A stretch of DNA of 64,000 nt, taken from the human T2T-CHM13v2.0 reference genome, Homo sapiens. The notes under the pieces are model-generated. The model saw only the letters and a list, made by a program, of their open reading frames with translations. It was not told where the DNA came from and made no database searches. Each line of letters begins with the position of its first letter. The stretch's first letter is position 1. The stretch lies in assembly GCF_009914755.1 (NCBI RefSeq), contig NC_060928.1. One strand, written 5' to 3'. Positions 1 through 13,100 of this stretch are shown here, in pieces. A program made the translations under genes and the position numbers.

Positions 1-389
1 CACCCTTCACTTTACTTTGAGTTCTTATGGGTGCCACCTCCACCCCCACAGAGAATTTTGTCCTGAAGTGGGACAATTATAAAGAGGCCAGCAAATCTCC
101 CAAGACAGAGAATGTTTCAACTTCTTAGTCCCGCTTGTCCCTGCCCCAAGTATCGGCCCTGTGAATCAGTTCTGGTAACTATCTTGCAAGAGCACTGGGC
201 AGCTCAGGCTTCTTTTTGTTGTACTGAAGTATTACTTGTTCTAGGGAAGTTAAGAATATGATTCCATTTCTGGAGGTGGGTGGTGTTGGGGTGGGATGAG
301 GACTCAGGCACATGAAACAAATGTTAGTTTGGCTTTAGTGACCCTTTCCCATGGAAAGGAGCAACACTAGTAAGAACAGAGATAGGGGA

Positions 390-746
<357 letters not shown>

Positions 747-885
747 TTACTTATATGTAGGCCCAGCAGGTCCTAGCCTCCATGGAGTTATTTAAAGGGT
801 CCTCAAGACCTGCTATAAACAAAAATAATTTTAATGACGGAAAGTTCATCATTGGGCATATGTCTCCAGAAGACACTTTCTTTTT

Positions 886-1222
886 GTAATATTTTTATTT
901 TTATTTACTTACTTATTTTGAGACAGGTTCTCCCTCTGTAACCCAGGCTAGGTGGTGCAGTGGCATGATCATAGCTCACTGCAGCCTTGAACTTCTGGGC
1001 TCAAGGGATTCTCTTGCCTTAGCCTTCAGAGTAGCTGGGACTACAGGCATGCACCAGCACACCTGTTTGATTTTTTTACTTTTTTATTTTTTATTTTTTG
1101 TAGAGATGGGCAGCGTCTTGCCATGTTGCCCAGGCTGGTCTGAAACTCCTAGCCTCAAGCAATCTTCCTGCCTCAGCCTCTCAAAGTGCTGGGATTACAG
1201 GTGTGAGCTACTGTGCCCAGCC
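886..1222 (-). mobile_element. AluJ-like SINE
   Basis: Antisense dimer; TSD AGACACTTTCTTTTT at 871-885 and 1223-1237. Confidence 0.92.
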
Positions 1223-1929
1223 AGACACTTTCTTTTTCATAGGAGATACTCTTTAAAAATATAAATGTTGTTTGAGAAGATGAAAGAAGAAATCATTCTC
1301 ATTCACCAGTACCCATGGGGGTAGTGGGGTGAGAGGGGAAAGAATGGGAAATTGAAAGATGACACCCAATCCAGTAAGGGCAAGCAGACAGCCTGTGGTT
1401 CCTAGGAAGTCTCTTTCTCTGAGCTTGCTAAGTGCTGCCTGTCTCTAAGCTCTGGGGTTCCAGATGCTTCCCTGCAGGTCAAGGCAGGAAGACAGAGGGG
1501 CAAGCCAAGCTGTGGTAGCCATAGGGAGGAAGAAGGTGTTGGTCCTGTGGCAGGAAGAGGAAGCCAGGGGCCCTGCTAAGAGGCTGACTCACCCCACATC
1601 CACTCATTTTGGGGCTGGGTCTACCACTTGTTTATTTGAGAATGGCAGAAGTGGGGAAATGGGAGGACTGCCTGAGAGGTGCAGAAGAACCTGCTATGGA
1701 GAGGTCTGAATTGGCTGACCTCAGTCACAGAAAAAAAGCAGGTGCCCTTTTCTTCTTCCTACCCCTAACCGGATTTTATTTCAATTCTCTAATAGCATGT
1801 GAATCTTGAGGAAAGGTTGAATATAGCCTGGGAGGACTGTTGCCTAATGCAGAGGAAAGACAGCACCAAGAGAGTTGTCAGTTGTCTCCTCCTGCTCATC
1901 TAGTGATTTCTATGCCTCCTCTGTAGAGA

Positions 1930-2150
1930 GAGCATAGCAAGGTGGTTAAGAGTCTGGGCTTCCAGGGTTCAAATCCTGGTCCTGCTGCCTTCTGGCTGCT
2001 GTCTTGGGCAAGTATATTTAATCTTTCTGTGCCTCAGTTGCCTTATCTGGACAAGTGGGCTAATAGTATCTACCTTCACAGCATTGTTGTGACAAATAAA
2101 TGATGTACTACTTGGACAGTGCCTGGAAAAATGCCTGGCAAGTGTTAGCC
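1930..2150 (+). mobile_element. MIR
   Basis: GTGGTTAAGAG...GGGTTCAAATCC...TCTGTGCCTCAGTTGCCTTATCTG core. Confidence 0.75.
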
Positions 2151-3710
2151 ATTACAAAGGTCAACGTAATTATGCTGCTTTATAGGTAAGATGACTGATG
2201 GCAACTCGCCAGGCACAATCAGAGGCCGAGAAGGGGTTGGACCTCTTGTTGGTGCTGTGCCCACAATATTTCACAGCCTTGTTTTTAAAAGATAAGTTGT
2301 CTCCATGATCACTCCTCTTTTCTAAGCATAGCGTGGGATTTCAAATGATAAAATTTCAGCAGGCTGCCTTCTCAGGGGATGCCAAGAAACATGAGCTGTT
2401 AGACTTGGGTTACAGTAAATCACCTTCCTTTAAGTTCTGGTTCTGGTTGGCCAGACAGCTGTTCCATTTGCTAAAAATAGATATGTTTGCCTTTCTGTTT
2501 GACCTGTAAATGACAGGATCATCTATGGACAAGCTCTCCAAAGAGTGCCTCTGGCTTAATTAGTAAAAATAATTTTGGACTTGGGGTCCAGGGTCTTGGT
2601 CCTTGGATCTACTGGATCCATTACAAGCTTCTAAACCTCAACTGAGCATGGCTCATGGTGACAGGACAAGTGCCTGATGCTCTGGTATATAAAATAGGAA
2701 AAATAATGTCTCTGCTTTAGAGTTGAGGTTAGAAGTGTGAAGTGCTTTGGGGACCCACAGGAGAGATGCTAGATCAGTTCCAAGTAGTCTATCATGCAAA
2801 AGGATTGTCTTTCCATGACCAAAGGGAAAAGAGAAGTCGGAGTTTAGACAGGGTTTTAAAAGTCAGCTAAAGGCTCCCACATTGCACCTGTGGTTAACAA
2901 CCACAGGCCGTGTTGCATTCTTTACCTGGCACTTTTCGGGATAATACAGGAGCATTTAAAAAATAGATAAGTCAATGAATGCACTTAGGGGGACATCGGC
3001 TGCCGCTCCCGTCAGCTGAAATGTCAGCTATCTACCGTCTTATAAAACGCCAGGAAAAACCTCTAAACCTTAGAGCCGGGGAATTTTTTAAAAAATCGGA
3101 ACCAAATCTCCCTGGCTTCGTGCAGCGTGAGTTCTGCAGCTCGGGGGACGCTGCAGTGTGATGTGGTGGAGAGAGCATGCTTCACGGCTCCTGCCATCCT
3201 GACAGCGCCCTCCCTCCCGGCCTCAGCCTCCTGGTTCGCCAAACCGGAGGACTGAATTTATGGCTAGCTGGTCTCTGGGGCGCCTTCCAGCTCTGACATT
3301 CCCGCCTAGAATAGATCTTCCCGAAGGTTTCGCAGACAGACCAGAGGGGACCGAGCCGGGAAGGCGAGACAGGGACAGGCGAGAGACGCTGCTCCCAACT
3401 CGCAGAGGGAGAAAGCGTGTATCCCGGGGTGCCGGGGAGAGTGGAAAGGCAAGGACTGGTGAGGGGTTTCTGCGCAGCTCCCGGGGAACCACGGCTGGAT
3501 GGGGGTGGCGGGGAGACCGGGCACCCATGGGAGCGGGGAAGCGGGGAGGCGGCGGCGGGAGCCATGCAGGGTCTGGGCCCCTGGGATGCGGGCAGAAGCG
3601 ATGGGAGATCGTGGGGAGGGCAGCCCGGCGGGAGGCGCGGACGAACAGGACCGCCCAGCCGCGAGAAGCAGGCAGGGGTCGGGGCGCGCTGGGCGCGTGT
3701 GGGGACGCAC

Positions 3711-3854
3711 CTGGGTCTCCTCCTCGGAAAGGCCTGCCTCGGCCGCGATGAGGCACAGCGTGGTGGAATCCGGGTGCTTGTCGACCTTGTTGAAGTTGTA
3801 CTCCAGGATTTCCACCTGGTCCTCTGTGGGGCCGCTCGCGGTCTCCGCCGACAT
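3711..3854 (-). CDS. HOPX: HOPX main coding exon (codons 1-48 of the short homeodomain-only protein); remaining CDS lies outside the window
   Basis: Translates MSAETASGPTEDQVEILEYNFNKVDKHPDSTTLCLIAAEAGLSEEETQ, the HOPX N-terminus. ATG in ACCATGT context; phase-0 donor CAG|GTGCGT at 3711/3710; acceptor TTCTCCCTGCCCCGCAG| with exon start at 3866, where 3866-3855 encodes RAGT in frame. Confidence 0.97.
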
Positions 3855-4193
3855 GGTCCCTGCGCGCTGCGGGGCAGGGAGAAGCGGCGGCGGTGAGCGA
3901 GGCGTGGGGCGGGCGGGACGCAGCGAAGGAAGGCGGTCGCGGCGCCGCCGGGCAGCCCCAGCCCCAGGCCGCCCCCTCCAGCGGTGCCACGGCCGCGCAA
4001 GTCCCCGGTGGCTGCACGCTGAGCGGGGGCTTACGGCTGCCCCCCACCCGGGCCTCCCTCCCTGGACTGAGCGCTGTTGCGGGCTGACGGCAGAGCCTAG
4101 CGTCCTGCGCCTCCCGCGCCCCCCGGGACCCCTTGCAGGAACTGTATCCCTGCCTGCGACGGGGGCGAGATAGATGATTCCGCGGGCCCTCAC

Positions 4194-4230
4194 CGACCTC
4201 CGGCTCTAAGGAAGGAGTGAAGGAAGCGCG
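4194..4230 (-). other. HOPX: Candidate short non-coding first exon of proximal-promoter HOPX transcripts
   Basis: Donor TCG|GTGAGG at 4194/4193; Inr-like TCACTCC at 4220-4214; TTTTAA at 4259-4254 on the minus strand. 5' end is approximate. Confidence 0.55.
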
Positions 4231-5582
4231 GGGGTGATTTTGAGAAATCCCCTTAAAAACTTCCTCCCGAAAGGGGGACCTCCCCTGGGGACAGACTTGA
4301 CAGATCGCGAGGGTGGGTTCGCCCGAGTCCGCGGCTAGCCGGCCTCCCCGGTAGGCGGCCTTCTGTCTCTGCAGTGGGTTGGCGCTTTGGGGCCCTCTCC
4401 AGGCAGGGCTGCACACCCCACCCTTCCTCCAAAAAAGTTCCCCGCAAGACAAGTTACTTCTCAAAGTTGGGGAGACGGAGGCGGTGCTTTTAATGTCTTT
4501 CCATTTTACAGAGATGGAGATAGGTCCGCAGAGAAGTGATTTAAGGCAGGGGATTGAGACACGGGAGAAACTTCCACCTGTGGGCTTGCATGTGCCACTC
4601 TGCCGCTCTGCAACCTCCTCCTTCAACCCTTCGCCCCCACTCTTTCTAAGTATGCTTTAGTGAGTCCCCGGCCTGCAGTCACCAGGCCACTATTCCACAA
4701 TTTACGGCAAAGAGCCTGCCTCACTGTGTGCTCCCCGAGGGGAGGACTTGCAAGATGGAGCCACAATCCAACTGAGGAGGATCCAGTCAGCTGTCTTTTA
4801 AAATTTCAGACTTCCCTGTGATTGTATTAAAATTTACTATAAAGTCAGGAAAATGGGCCCATCACAAGCTTCAAGATCTCTTGTATCTCCTTACTTTAGA
4901 GCCAACCATTACTCTAGCAAATTTGAAGCAACATGACTTCCTGCTGGGTTCTCTCCATACCTACGAAGTCTCTGAATTGGGACCAAAAACTTAAAAATTT
5001 TAAAAATTGGCAGATGTAATCCCATCCACCTCCTCCTGCTAATTTAAGATGCATGAAGGTATAGAAAGTTGGAGTCTTCAAGATATCCTTGGCTGTGGGT
5101 CTGGCACACCTGTCAGGACTTGACTGTCGCTGACAGTAAAAGACAAGGGCAAGTGTGGGAATCACGTTGGTTTGTTGTTTTAACAAACAATTGCAAAATC
5201 ATCCAGCACAATCCTGAGTAGGTTGTGATGTGGTTTGTGCCTGGGATGAGCCACACTTCACTGATGTCCCGGCAGAATGTACCCAATGCTGTTATAACCT
5301 TCTCCACTGTGACCTGCATCTTCTACTTCCTAAATAAATGTCTTTACCTCTCCTTTGGGTCACTTTGAAGGGGCTTTCAGGCACAACGGGAAGTCATTCT
5401 ACTGTGAGAGTCTGGCTCAAGTCACTTGCCAAGCCACCATGAAATCCCATGTTTTTAGGGGATTCTGTGCTTTCCCACCTAAAAATCATAGCACTGATTC
5501 CTGTCACGGTGCTAGGCAGGAGAGGGTCATACCAGGTCAGAAACACTTCCTCTTCTGTGTGCACCCATTGCCCGTACCTTTG

Positions 5583-5700
5583 ACACACAACTTCAGAGCT
5601 GGGAAGAACCTTGGAAATTACCTCTTCCAGTCTTCTTCTGTAACAGCCCAGGAAAATGAGCATAGGAAGACTAACTTTCTGAATGTTGCCCAGCTGGTGA
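5583..5700 (-). mobile_element. MIR3/MIRc-like fragment overlapping the HOPX alternative exon
   Basis: Minus strand CTCATTTTCCTGGGCTGTTACAG...CTGGAAGAGGTAATTTCCAAGGTTCTTCCCAGCTCTGA is colinear with the MIR3 3' half (CTCAGTTTCCTCATCTGTAAAATG...TGGACTAGATGATCTCTAAGGTCCCTTCCAGCTCTGA). Confidence 0.6.
5622..5663 (-). CDS. HOPX: HOPX alternative upstream exon, coding part (MLIFLGCYRRRLEE, N-terminal extension of the long isoform); whole exon ~5622-5746
   Basis: ATG at 5663, 14 codons, then donor GAG|GTAATT. Splices in phase 0 to 3866 to give MLIFLGCYRRRLEE-RAGT-MSAET..., the known long HOPX isoform start. Acceptor TTTTTCCTACCAG| at 5747/5746. Confidence 0.88.
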
Positions 5701-7392
5701 CCTGTGCTCCGCTAGACCCTTCTCAGTGGGGCAGTCTGTCATTAGTCTGGTAGGAAAAATCAGGAGGGCAGTAGTCATAATGCAGGCAGGAGCTCATTGC
5801 CATTTTGAATGGGCATAGACTGTCCTAGTAGGACACCAATTCTAGCCAAAGTTGCCCACGGGAACCACCCACCACCGCTTGCTTCGCTTGAAAGAAAACA
5901 AGGGCTGGGAGACAGCTGCCTCTGATTTTACTTCTTGCCTTAGGAAGGTTCCAGCTAATTTTGTGTAACATAGTTGTGCCGGCTCTTCCATGAAAATTTT
6001 GTCTTTTTCTTTGTAGAATCCTCAGTCCTTCAGAAATATTAATTTCTAAACTGACTGTTCTGCTTATACTTTCCCCTCTTTTTTGGTTATTTAATTCCTG
6101 TTATAACACTCAAGGGCTGCTACTGGTCTTACATTTAATTTACTGCATTTTATTTTATGAGATTTCTGTGGCTTCTTGTTACAGGACTTTGTATGAGATT
6201 TTGTGGAGAGGTCCTGGTTAACTTTAAAGAACTCCTTGGGTTAGTTGGCTGAGAATCATTGGCTTTGGTTGGCTGCTGAGACTTGTGGGAGGACCATTTG
6301 AAAGCGCCTACTTCTCCAAGGTACACCAAGCAAACCTGATTTCTAGAAACGAAGGTGGAAGATCTCTATAGTCAAATGTATCTGTTATTTCTCTGCAAAG
6401 CTCTCAGCCCTTTGCTTGACAAATGTTTGCTGTTACTTCGTTTCTTCTCTCGCTCTGTCTCTCTTAAAGAAGATATAAATCAAACTGCCTGGGTAACCTT
6501 GGCCTTATAAAGCTTTTCAACTATTTCCAGTAAGAAAACAGTTGAGAAGTTTCTCTGAAGATAGTCTAAACAATTTCAGATTAAAAGAACTAAAAATACT
6601 TTAAAGCTACTCAGACGTTAATCTTAGCACAAGTTTTATTGTTGTGGCTACTCATATCTCATCAGACATTCAAGGAGTAATTTGTCCTGTGGTTATATTT
6701 TTCCTTTGTGGTTTTGGGAAGACATTGCATAAGCTTTTTCAAGATGTTACATGCAATCTGCTGGCTTTTTTCTAAATTAATTCCAATGATTGGGGTAGAC
6801 AGTTGGGTCAACCCAATGGTTCTACTTTTGTCCCCTAATCCTGTAATCATTTATTTTAAAAATATCTACTTTTATAAACTAGCTCACAAAAAGCACTATC
6901 AACTGGAAATCTTTGGTTACCTCTGTAGTAACCAAAAAATTGCTTTGGGCTCAAATTTGTCATCTTATCCTCCCTCTCCCAGTCATTCTGACCTCTTTGT
7001 AATAGCACTAATATCAAACCAAGAACAAAAGGTTATCAATGGCAGATTCTCCAAATAAACCCAGAGCCCTGTGGTGAGCTGGCCAAAAGGGAAACAAGCC
7101 AGTGGATTATTCTTTAGCCTATATTTCTTTTATGCTCACTGTGAACTTCCTGGAAGCAATGGGCTCTTGAAACATTTTGTATTTTCCTAAGTGAGGAAAA
7201 TGATGTGTGGCCACTTCCGCAAGAGAAGTGGTGGGTCTTTGGAAGGGGATGGGGTCTTCCCCTTCGTCACTTATTCAGTTACTCTGAAGGTGGTAGAAGG
7301 GGGCATCGCCCAAGCTGTCAAGGCGCCCCAGAAATTGAAAAACAGAAGTCGAGTATTCATCTGCCTCTCCAGGCTAGCACAAGAGCTGGAAG

Positions 7393-7414
7393 GAGAGAGA
7401 GAGAGAGAGAGAGA
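7393..7414 (+). repeat. (GA)n microsatellite
   Basis: Direct reading. Confidence 0.9.
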
Positions 7415-8794
7415 ATTGTTCTTTTAAGTATAAACTTGGAGATTGGTATCCTTAAGCTAACAGCAGTGCTTCTCAAGCCTGGATGGGCTTCAGAATTACC
7501 TGTGGAAATGTTTAAGCCCACCTCTTGAACCAGAACTGCATTTTAGAAACCTAGCACGAGAGAGACACAAAAAGTATTTCAGCTCTTAAAAAGATTTGCA
7601 ATTTAATCATTAAAATCAATTCTAAATATTCTTATGCCATATACCTGCTCTAATGCTGTATATCATCTTAACATTTAAGTAGATGGTAGGTTGAAGTCAT
7701 TTTAAAGGAATAAGCTTTTAGAAGTAGATATTAGAATGACTAATTTAAACCTAATGCTATTAATCTTTTGTATATGTGGTCAGAAATGGGGAAAATGCCT
7801 TTAAAATTATAAATTAGCAAAAGAAAACAGATATTCTCCAATGCTTTCAAAAGTTCAGAAATGAAATAAAACCCTTTTAAAAACTTTTCAGAAAAAATGC
7901 ATTCTTGTGTTGAGATCAGAGTTTAAGAAAGCAAATCATTGAAAGGAAAACTCCTTCCAGTTCATCACACACATTTTAAGTAAATGACTTGGATGCCAAA
8001 AGTCACAATGGAAAAGATTTGGCAGTCTTAAGTATTACTGTTCTCCTCTAATTCCTTAAATTTCCCAATGAGAAAAATTCTAAAATTTAAGTTACTATTT
8101 ATGTACAAAACATATTTAATAGAACTTAGAACCAAACATTACTCTGAATACATCCCAAATACATAGCATCATTGCTACCTTTACGGGAACAAGATCCCAA
8201 ATCTAAATAGGAAAATGCATTTTAAAATGTTATATTGATTTCAACTTTATATATTTAAAAAAACTGGAGAGAAATACCACAAAATGTTAACAGTGGTTAT
8301 ATCTAGATTGTGCAACTATGGATTTGCACAATCTAAAACATTCTCTTCTTTATATTTTTCTGCTTTTTCAAATTTTCTATAATAAGCATTTATGACTTTG
8401 GGATTTGAAAAAAAATTTTTTTTCCCCCTATATAACAATGTCCTCAATCGGACCAGTTGTCCACCTTGCTCAAAGTTTTATTTGATTATTGGTATCAAAT
8501 AATATTTTTGGAAAAGTATGAGAGTTGTTCTCCAAGACTATTTAGAAGATTAGGGAAGTAAATATTTTCATTTTTCATGCAAACATGATTAGGTATCAAA
8601 TAGATATATGTAATGTACATGCAAGTTATGAAGCATAAATTAAATAAACACTGGTGAACCCCGCTCAATTTAAGCATTAAAGCATTACCAAGACTATGGA
8701 AGCTACCTGTTTTTTTCCCGGAGTCCCATCCCCTTGCTGACCTGCCCCCAGAAAAAAAACACAATTCTGAATTTTGTGTTAATCATTCCTTTGC

Positions 8795-8958
8795 TTTTCA
8801 TTTTATTTCAATTTTTTAGAGGCAGGGTCTCGCTGTCACCCTCAGGTTGGAGTGCAGTGGTGTGATCATAGCTCACTGTAACTCCTGGGCTCGAGTGATC
8901 CTTAGGCCTCAGTCTCCTGAGCAGCTGGGATTACAGGTATGAGCCACTGCGTCCAGCC
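8795..8958 (-). mobile_element. Free Alu monomer (FRAM/FAM-like) within old L1M-like sequence (~8690-9490)
   Basis: Single ~150-nt Alu arm with T-rich tail. Confidence 0.75.
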
Positions 8959-10303
8959 ACTGCTTTTTAAATTAGTTCTATCACATATGTATGGATCCCT
9001 AAAAGAACTTTTTTTTTAGTTTTGCTCTTGAGTTGTTTAAAAATGATGTCATACCATATATAATTTTTCTGTAAATTGCTTTTTTCACTCAACAGTGTTT
9101 CCAGAACAAATCCACATTCTGCGTGTAGAGAAGTTCGTTCATATTCAATGCTGTTTTTATTTTGTGAATATACAATTTATGTAGTAGATGTCTTTTCCTA
9201 CTGGTGGATATCTAGGTTGTTTCCAGATTTTTTTCTGTTTGAACATTGCCTCTCTGAACACTCTTGTATATGCCTTCTGCAGCCTCTCTATGAGGATTTC
9301 TCTAGGGTATACAGTAGGGGTAGAACTCCTGGTTTATAGAGTGTGTGCTGTTTAGCTTTACAATATAACGTCAACTTGTATTTTAAAGTTGTTGAACAAA
9401 ACTACACCCCTTACCACCAGTGTATAGCATTTCCTTTGCTCCAAATCCTCATCAACACTTGTACGGTCAAACCTAATTTTTGCCAAAGTTGTTGTGTGTT
9501 CTTTTTATCCATGAATAGTATCTAAGCCTTCTTGAAGCTATTTATGTTTTCAGCCTGCATGACATCTTGGGGCTAAAAGTTTCCACATGTTTACTGTTTA
9601 CTGTGTAAAAATATTTCCTGTTGCAGCCCAAAAGGAGAGTTGAGTTATTTTGTGAGAGTTATGGACTCTGTTTCCAGGCTAGCCCAGTTATTTCCATTGG
9701 TCACCAAGAACAATACAAATATAATGTATGGAAAACTAATTACTAAGACCCTTTGTCTGTATCATGCTAAAAACGTTACCATTTTCTCCTCTACAGAACT
9801 CCTGGGAGTCAGGATTTGATTTTGTGCTTTAAAATATGTTAGCCTTATTAATTATTGGTCCCTCCCACAAAAGTAAATATCAAAGTCTCCAAATGAAAAC
9901 CACAGAGATAGATTGAAAATGACCAATTAAAGAAGAAGAAATAAGGGAGAGATGGAAAGTATAAAAGAAAAATGAAAAGAAAGTGTAAAAGAAAGATGGA
10001 CAGAAAGCTGTTAGGCTGTGGGTTTAAAATAGGATATCCATGTAAACTGAAATAATGCGCTTACATGTTTAAACAGCTAAGTGCCAGTTCAAAAGCAGTT
10101 TGATATTAGTTATTTTCATTTCTCTCACAATTCTCTCTTAGAAATCAGAATGGAGTTAGTTCTATTTTGAGGTTTTTTAAAAAGAGTTAAATTGTCTACA
10201 GCATCAGAGGAAGACTCAGAATTCTACCTTTTATTCTGGCTATAGCAGTAAAGGCTGTTGATTTCATGAGCATCAAGATTGATTCATTCGTCCAAATGTA
10301 TTA

Positions 10304-10620
10304 TTTTCTTTCTTTCTTTCTTTTTCTTTTTTTTTTTTTTTTAGACGGAGTCTCATTCTGTTGCTCCGGCTGGAGTGCAGTGGTGTGATCTTGGCTCACT
10401 GCAACCTCCGCCCCCCGGGTTCAAGCGATTCTCCTACTTCAGCCTCCCCAGCTGAGATTACAAGTGCACACCACCACACCTTGCTAATTTTTGTATTTTT
10501 AGTAGAGATGGAGTTTTGCCATGTTGGCCAGGCTGGTCTGGAACTCCTAACCTCAAGTGATCTGCCCGCCTCCGCCTCCCAAAGTGCTGGGATTACAGGC
10601 ATGAGCCACTGTGCCTGGCC
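10304..10620 (-). mobile_element. AluS
   Basis: Full antisense dimer with poly-T. Confidence 0.92.
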
Positions 10621-11338
10621 CCCAAATATATCTTTCTTATGCTCTATTGATGTCAGAGGTTCTAAGATATCACCAAATCACCTGTTTGAATCTTTAAGCT
10701 CTAACTTGATCATCCTCTGTCCCTTTAGTTAAGAGTTGGGGCTGAAGGCAGCCTGTCTTTTCTTTCCCACTGTGGGATATAGGCCATTTTCAACCTTTTC
10801 CTGCTTCATTACTTGGCTACTGGGGTGACATTCTTTCAGACTTCCATGCATCTCTTTAAAAAGCCCTAACACCTACTTGACATTAGGCAATAAAGATAAT
10901 GGGATCTCTCCTTTCAAGTTTTGTTCTGATTCCATTTTTCACAAGAGTAAATTGAAATGCAGATGATTTGGGCAGGTTGTTCCTTTGTTCTGTAAAGTCT
11001 GAGCTCTTAACTTTTGACCCCATGTAACAATTACAGGTACAAGCAGAACCACTTGCTATCAGGACAAGCAAGCATGCTGTTCTCCTAGAACACGCTGCAC
11101 TTGACTTGATGAGGCAGGAAGACTGAGATGACAGCTATACTTGAAGTCATGCCATTCCCACTGGTCACCAGTGACCACACCCTCCTAGGTACCTCTTATT
11201 CCTGCAAGTTTTGTCGAGTCAAGGTGTCATCAGGTTTGGTTTTTGATGGTATATATCTCAGTAGTTAGTCCATCTCTTAAAAATACGAAGTGCTGCCTTT
11301 TGAAATTTTTCAGTTCTGCATATATGATGTGTGCCTTT

Positions 11339-11628
11339 TTTGGTTTTTAGACAGAGTCTCGCACTGTCCCACAGGCTGGTGTGCAGTGGCACAATCTCAG
11401 TTTGCTGCAACCTCCGCCTCCCAGATTCAAGCAATTCTCCTTCCTCAGACTCCTGATTAGTTAGGATTACAGGCACCTGCCACCACGCCCGACTAATTTT
11501 TTGTATTTTGAGTAGAAACGAGGTTTCACTATGTTGGCCAGGCTGGTGATGAACTCCTGACCTCATGATCCGCCCGCCTCGGCCTCCCAAAGTGCTGGGA
11601 TTACAGGCGTGAGCCACCGCGCCCTGCC
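11339..11628 (-). mobile_element. AluS (Sg/Sc-like)
   Basis: TSD TGATGTGTGCCTTT at 11325-11338 and 11629-11642. Confidence 0.93.
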
Positions 11629-11959
11629 TGATGTGTGCCTTTGTAGGTGCTCGTGTAGTTGCTAAACCAGCTTGCTATTTCCCAGGTCCTCCCTTCTAGG
11701 TTGGCTTTCCTCTTGCCTTAGGAACCACTCTGTTTTAGAAACATGGCAAAATTAAGAACAAAATGAAATTGGAATTAATGTAGAAAAAAGTTCAAATAAT
11801 GAGAAGTCTTCTGTACTAATTATTTGAAATGTCACTTTGCTGAGCCTCCATTTCATTTATGTAAAGAAGGAATATAATAATGTCTACCTTTGCCTAGTTC
11901 ACAGCTTTATGGTAAAGTTCTTATGATGTTATTATAGGGAACATGTCTCTCAACTGTAA

Positions 11960-12278
<319 letters not shown>

Positions 12279-12802
12279 TGATATTACTATTAAATAGCTA
12301 TGAGCTAGGCTTTCCGTAAAGTATCCCCTGGATGGCAAACCAGTAAGAAGAGCTTATAAACTTCACTTCTTCTGGGTTACAATCTCTTATCTTTCTGGAA
12401 CGGTAAAGCACAATGGTTGAAATTAGACCCCTTAAAAAAAAATCCAATGCTGTATATTTGCTTTATCATAACATGTATCCCTACATGGCACTTCTCAAGA
12501 ATGGCATGGCAGGGAGGGATGTGATATCTTAAGCATGTTTTCTCATTATGCACTTGTACACTGTGCATTGGTTTATACTTAGTTGTTAGCATTTTCACTA
12601 AAATAATTATTTCTCTGCTCCTTCCTCACCACCATTCCCCAGTTCCTCCTCTCCTCTCATCTATTAATGAGGAGGCATAAATAGGACAGAAGATGAGTAG
12701 TGAGGAAGGTGATAACAAGGAGGAACAAATATTTTATGAATTGGTGAGTCACTTTTTTGAGATTGTCATGGCCTATGAGAGTAATGACCAAATGGAAATT
12801 CT

Positions 12803-13100
12803 TTGTTTTGTTTTTTGGAGACAGGGTCTTGCTCTGTCACCCAGGCTGGAATGCAATGGCCCAATCATGGCTCACTGCAGCCTCAACTGCAGGGCTCAAG
12901 CGATCTTCTCACCTCAGCCTCCTGAGTAGGCGGGACTACACGTAAGCACCCCGACGCCCAGCTGATTTTCTTTATTTTTAGTAGAGATGGGATCTCGCTA
13001 TGTTACCCAGGCTGGTCTCAAACTCCTGAGCTCAGCACAGTCCTCATGCCTTGGCCTCCCAAAGTGCTGGGATTATAGGCATGAGGCACCATGCCTGGCT
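12803..13100 (-). mobile_element. AluJ
   Basis: Diverged antisense dimer. Confidence 0.9.

Larger units (their letters stand above)
2900..4460. promoter_or_regulatory. HOPX: CpG island / proximal HOPX promoter
   Basis: Very GC- and CpG-rich block against CpG-depleted flanks; GC-box-like GGGGCGGG near 3906; spans the main coding exon. Confidence 0.9.

Noticed and set aside
3182-4626. Long overlapping ORFs (up to 467 aa) in the CpG island
   Set aside because: Expected from stop-codon scarcity at very high GC; only 3711-3866 has splice signals and a recognisable protein.
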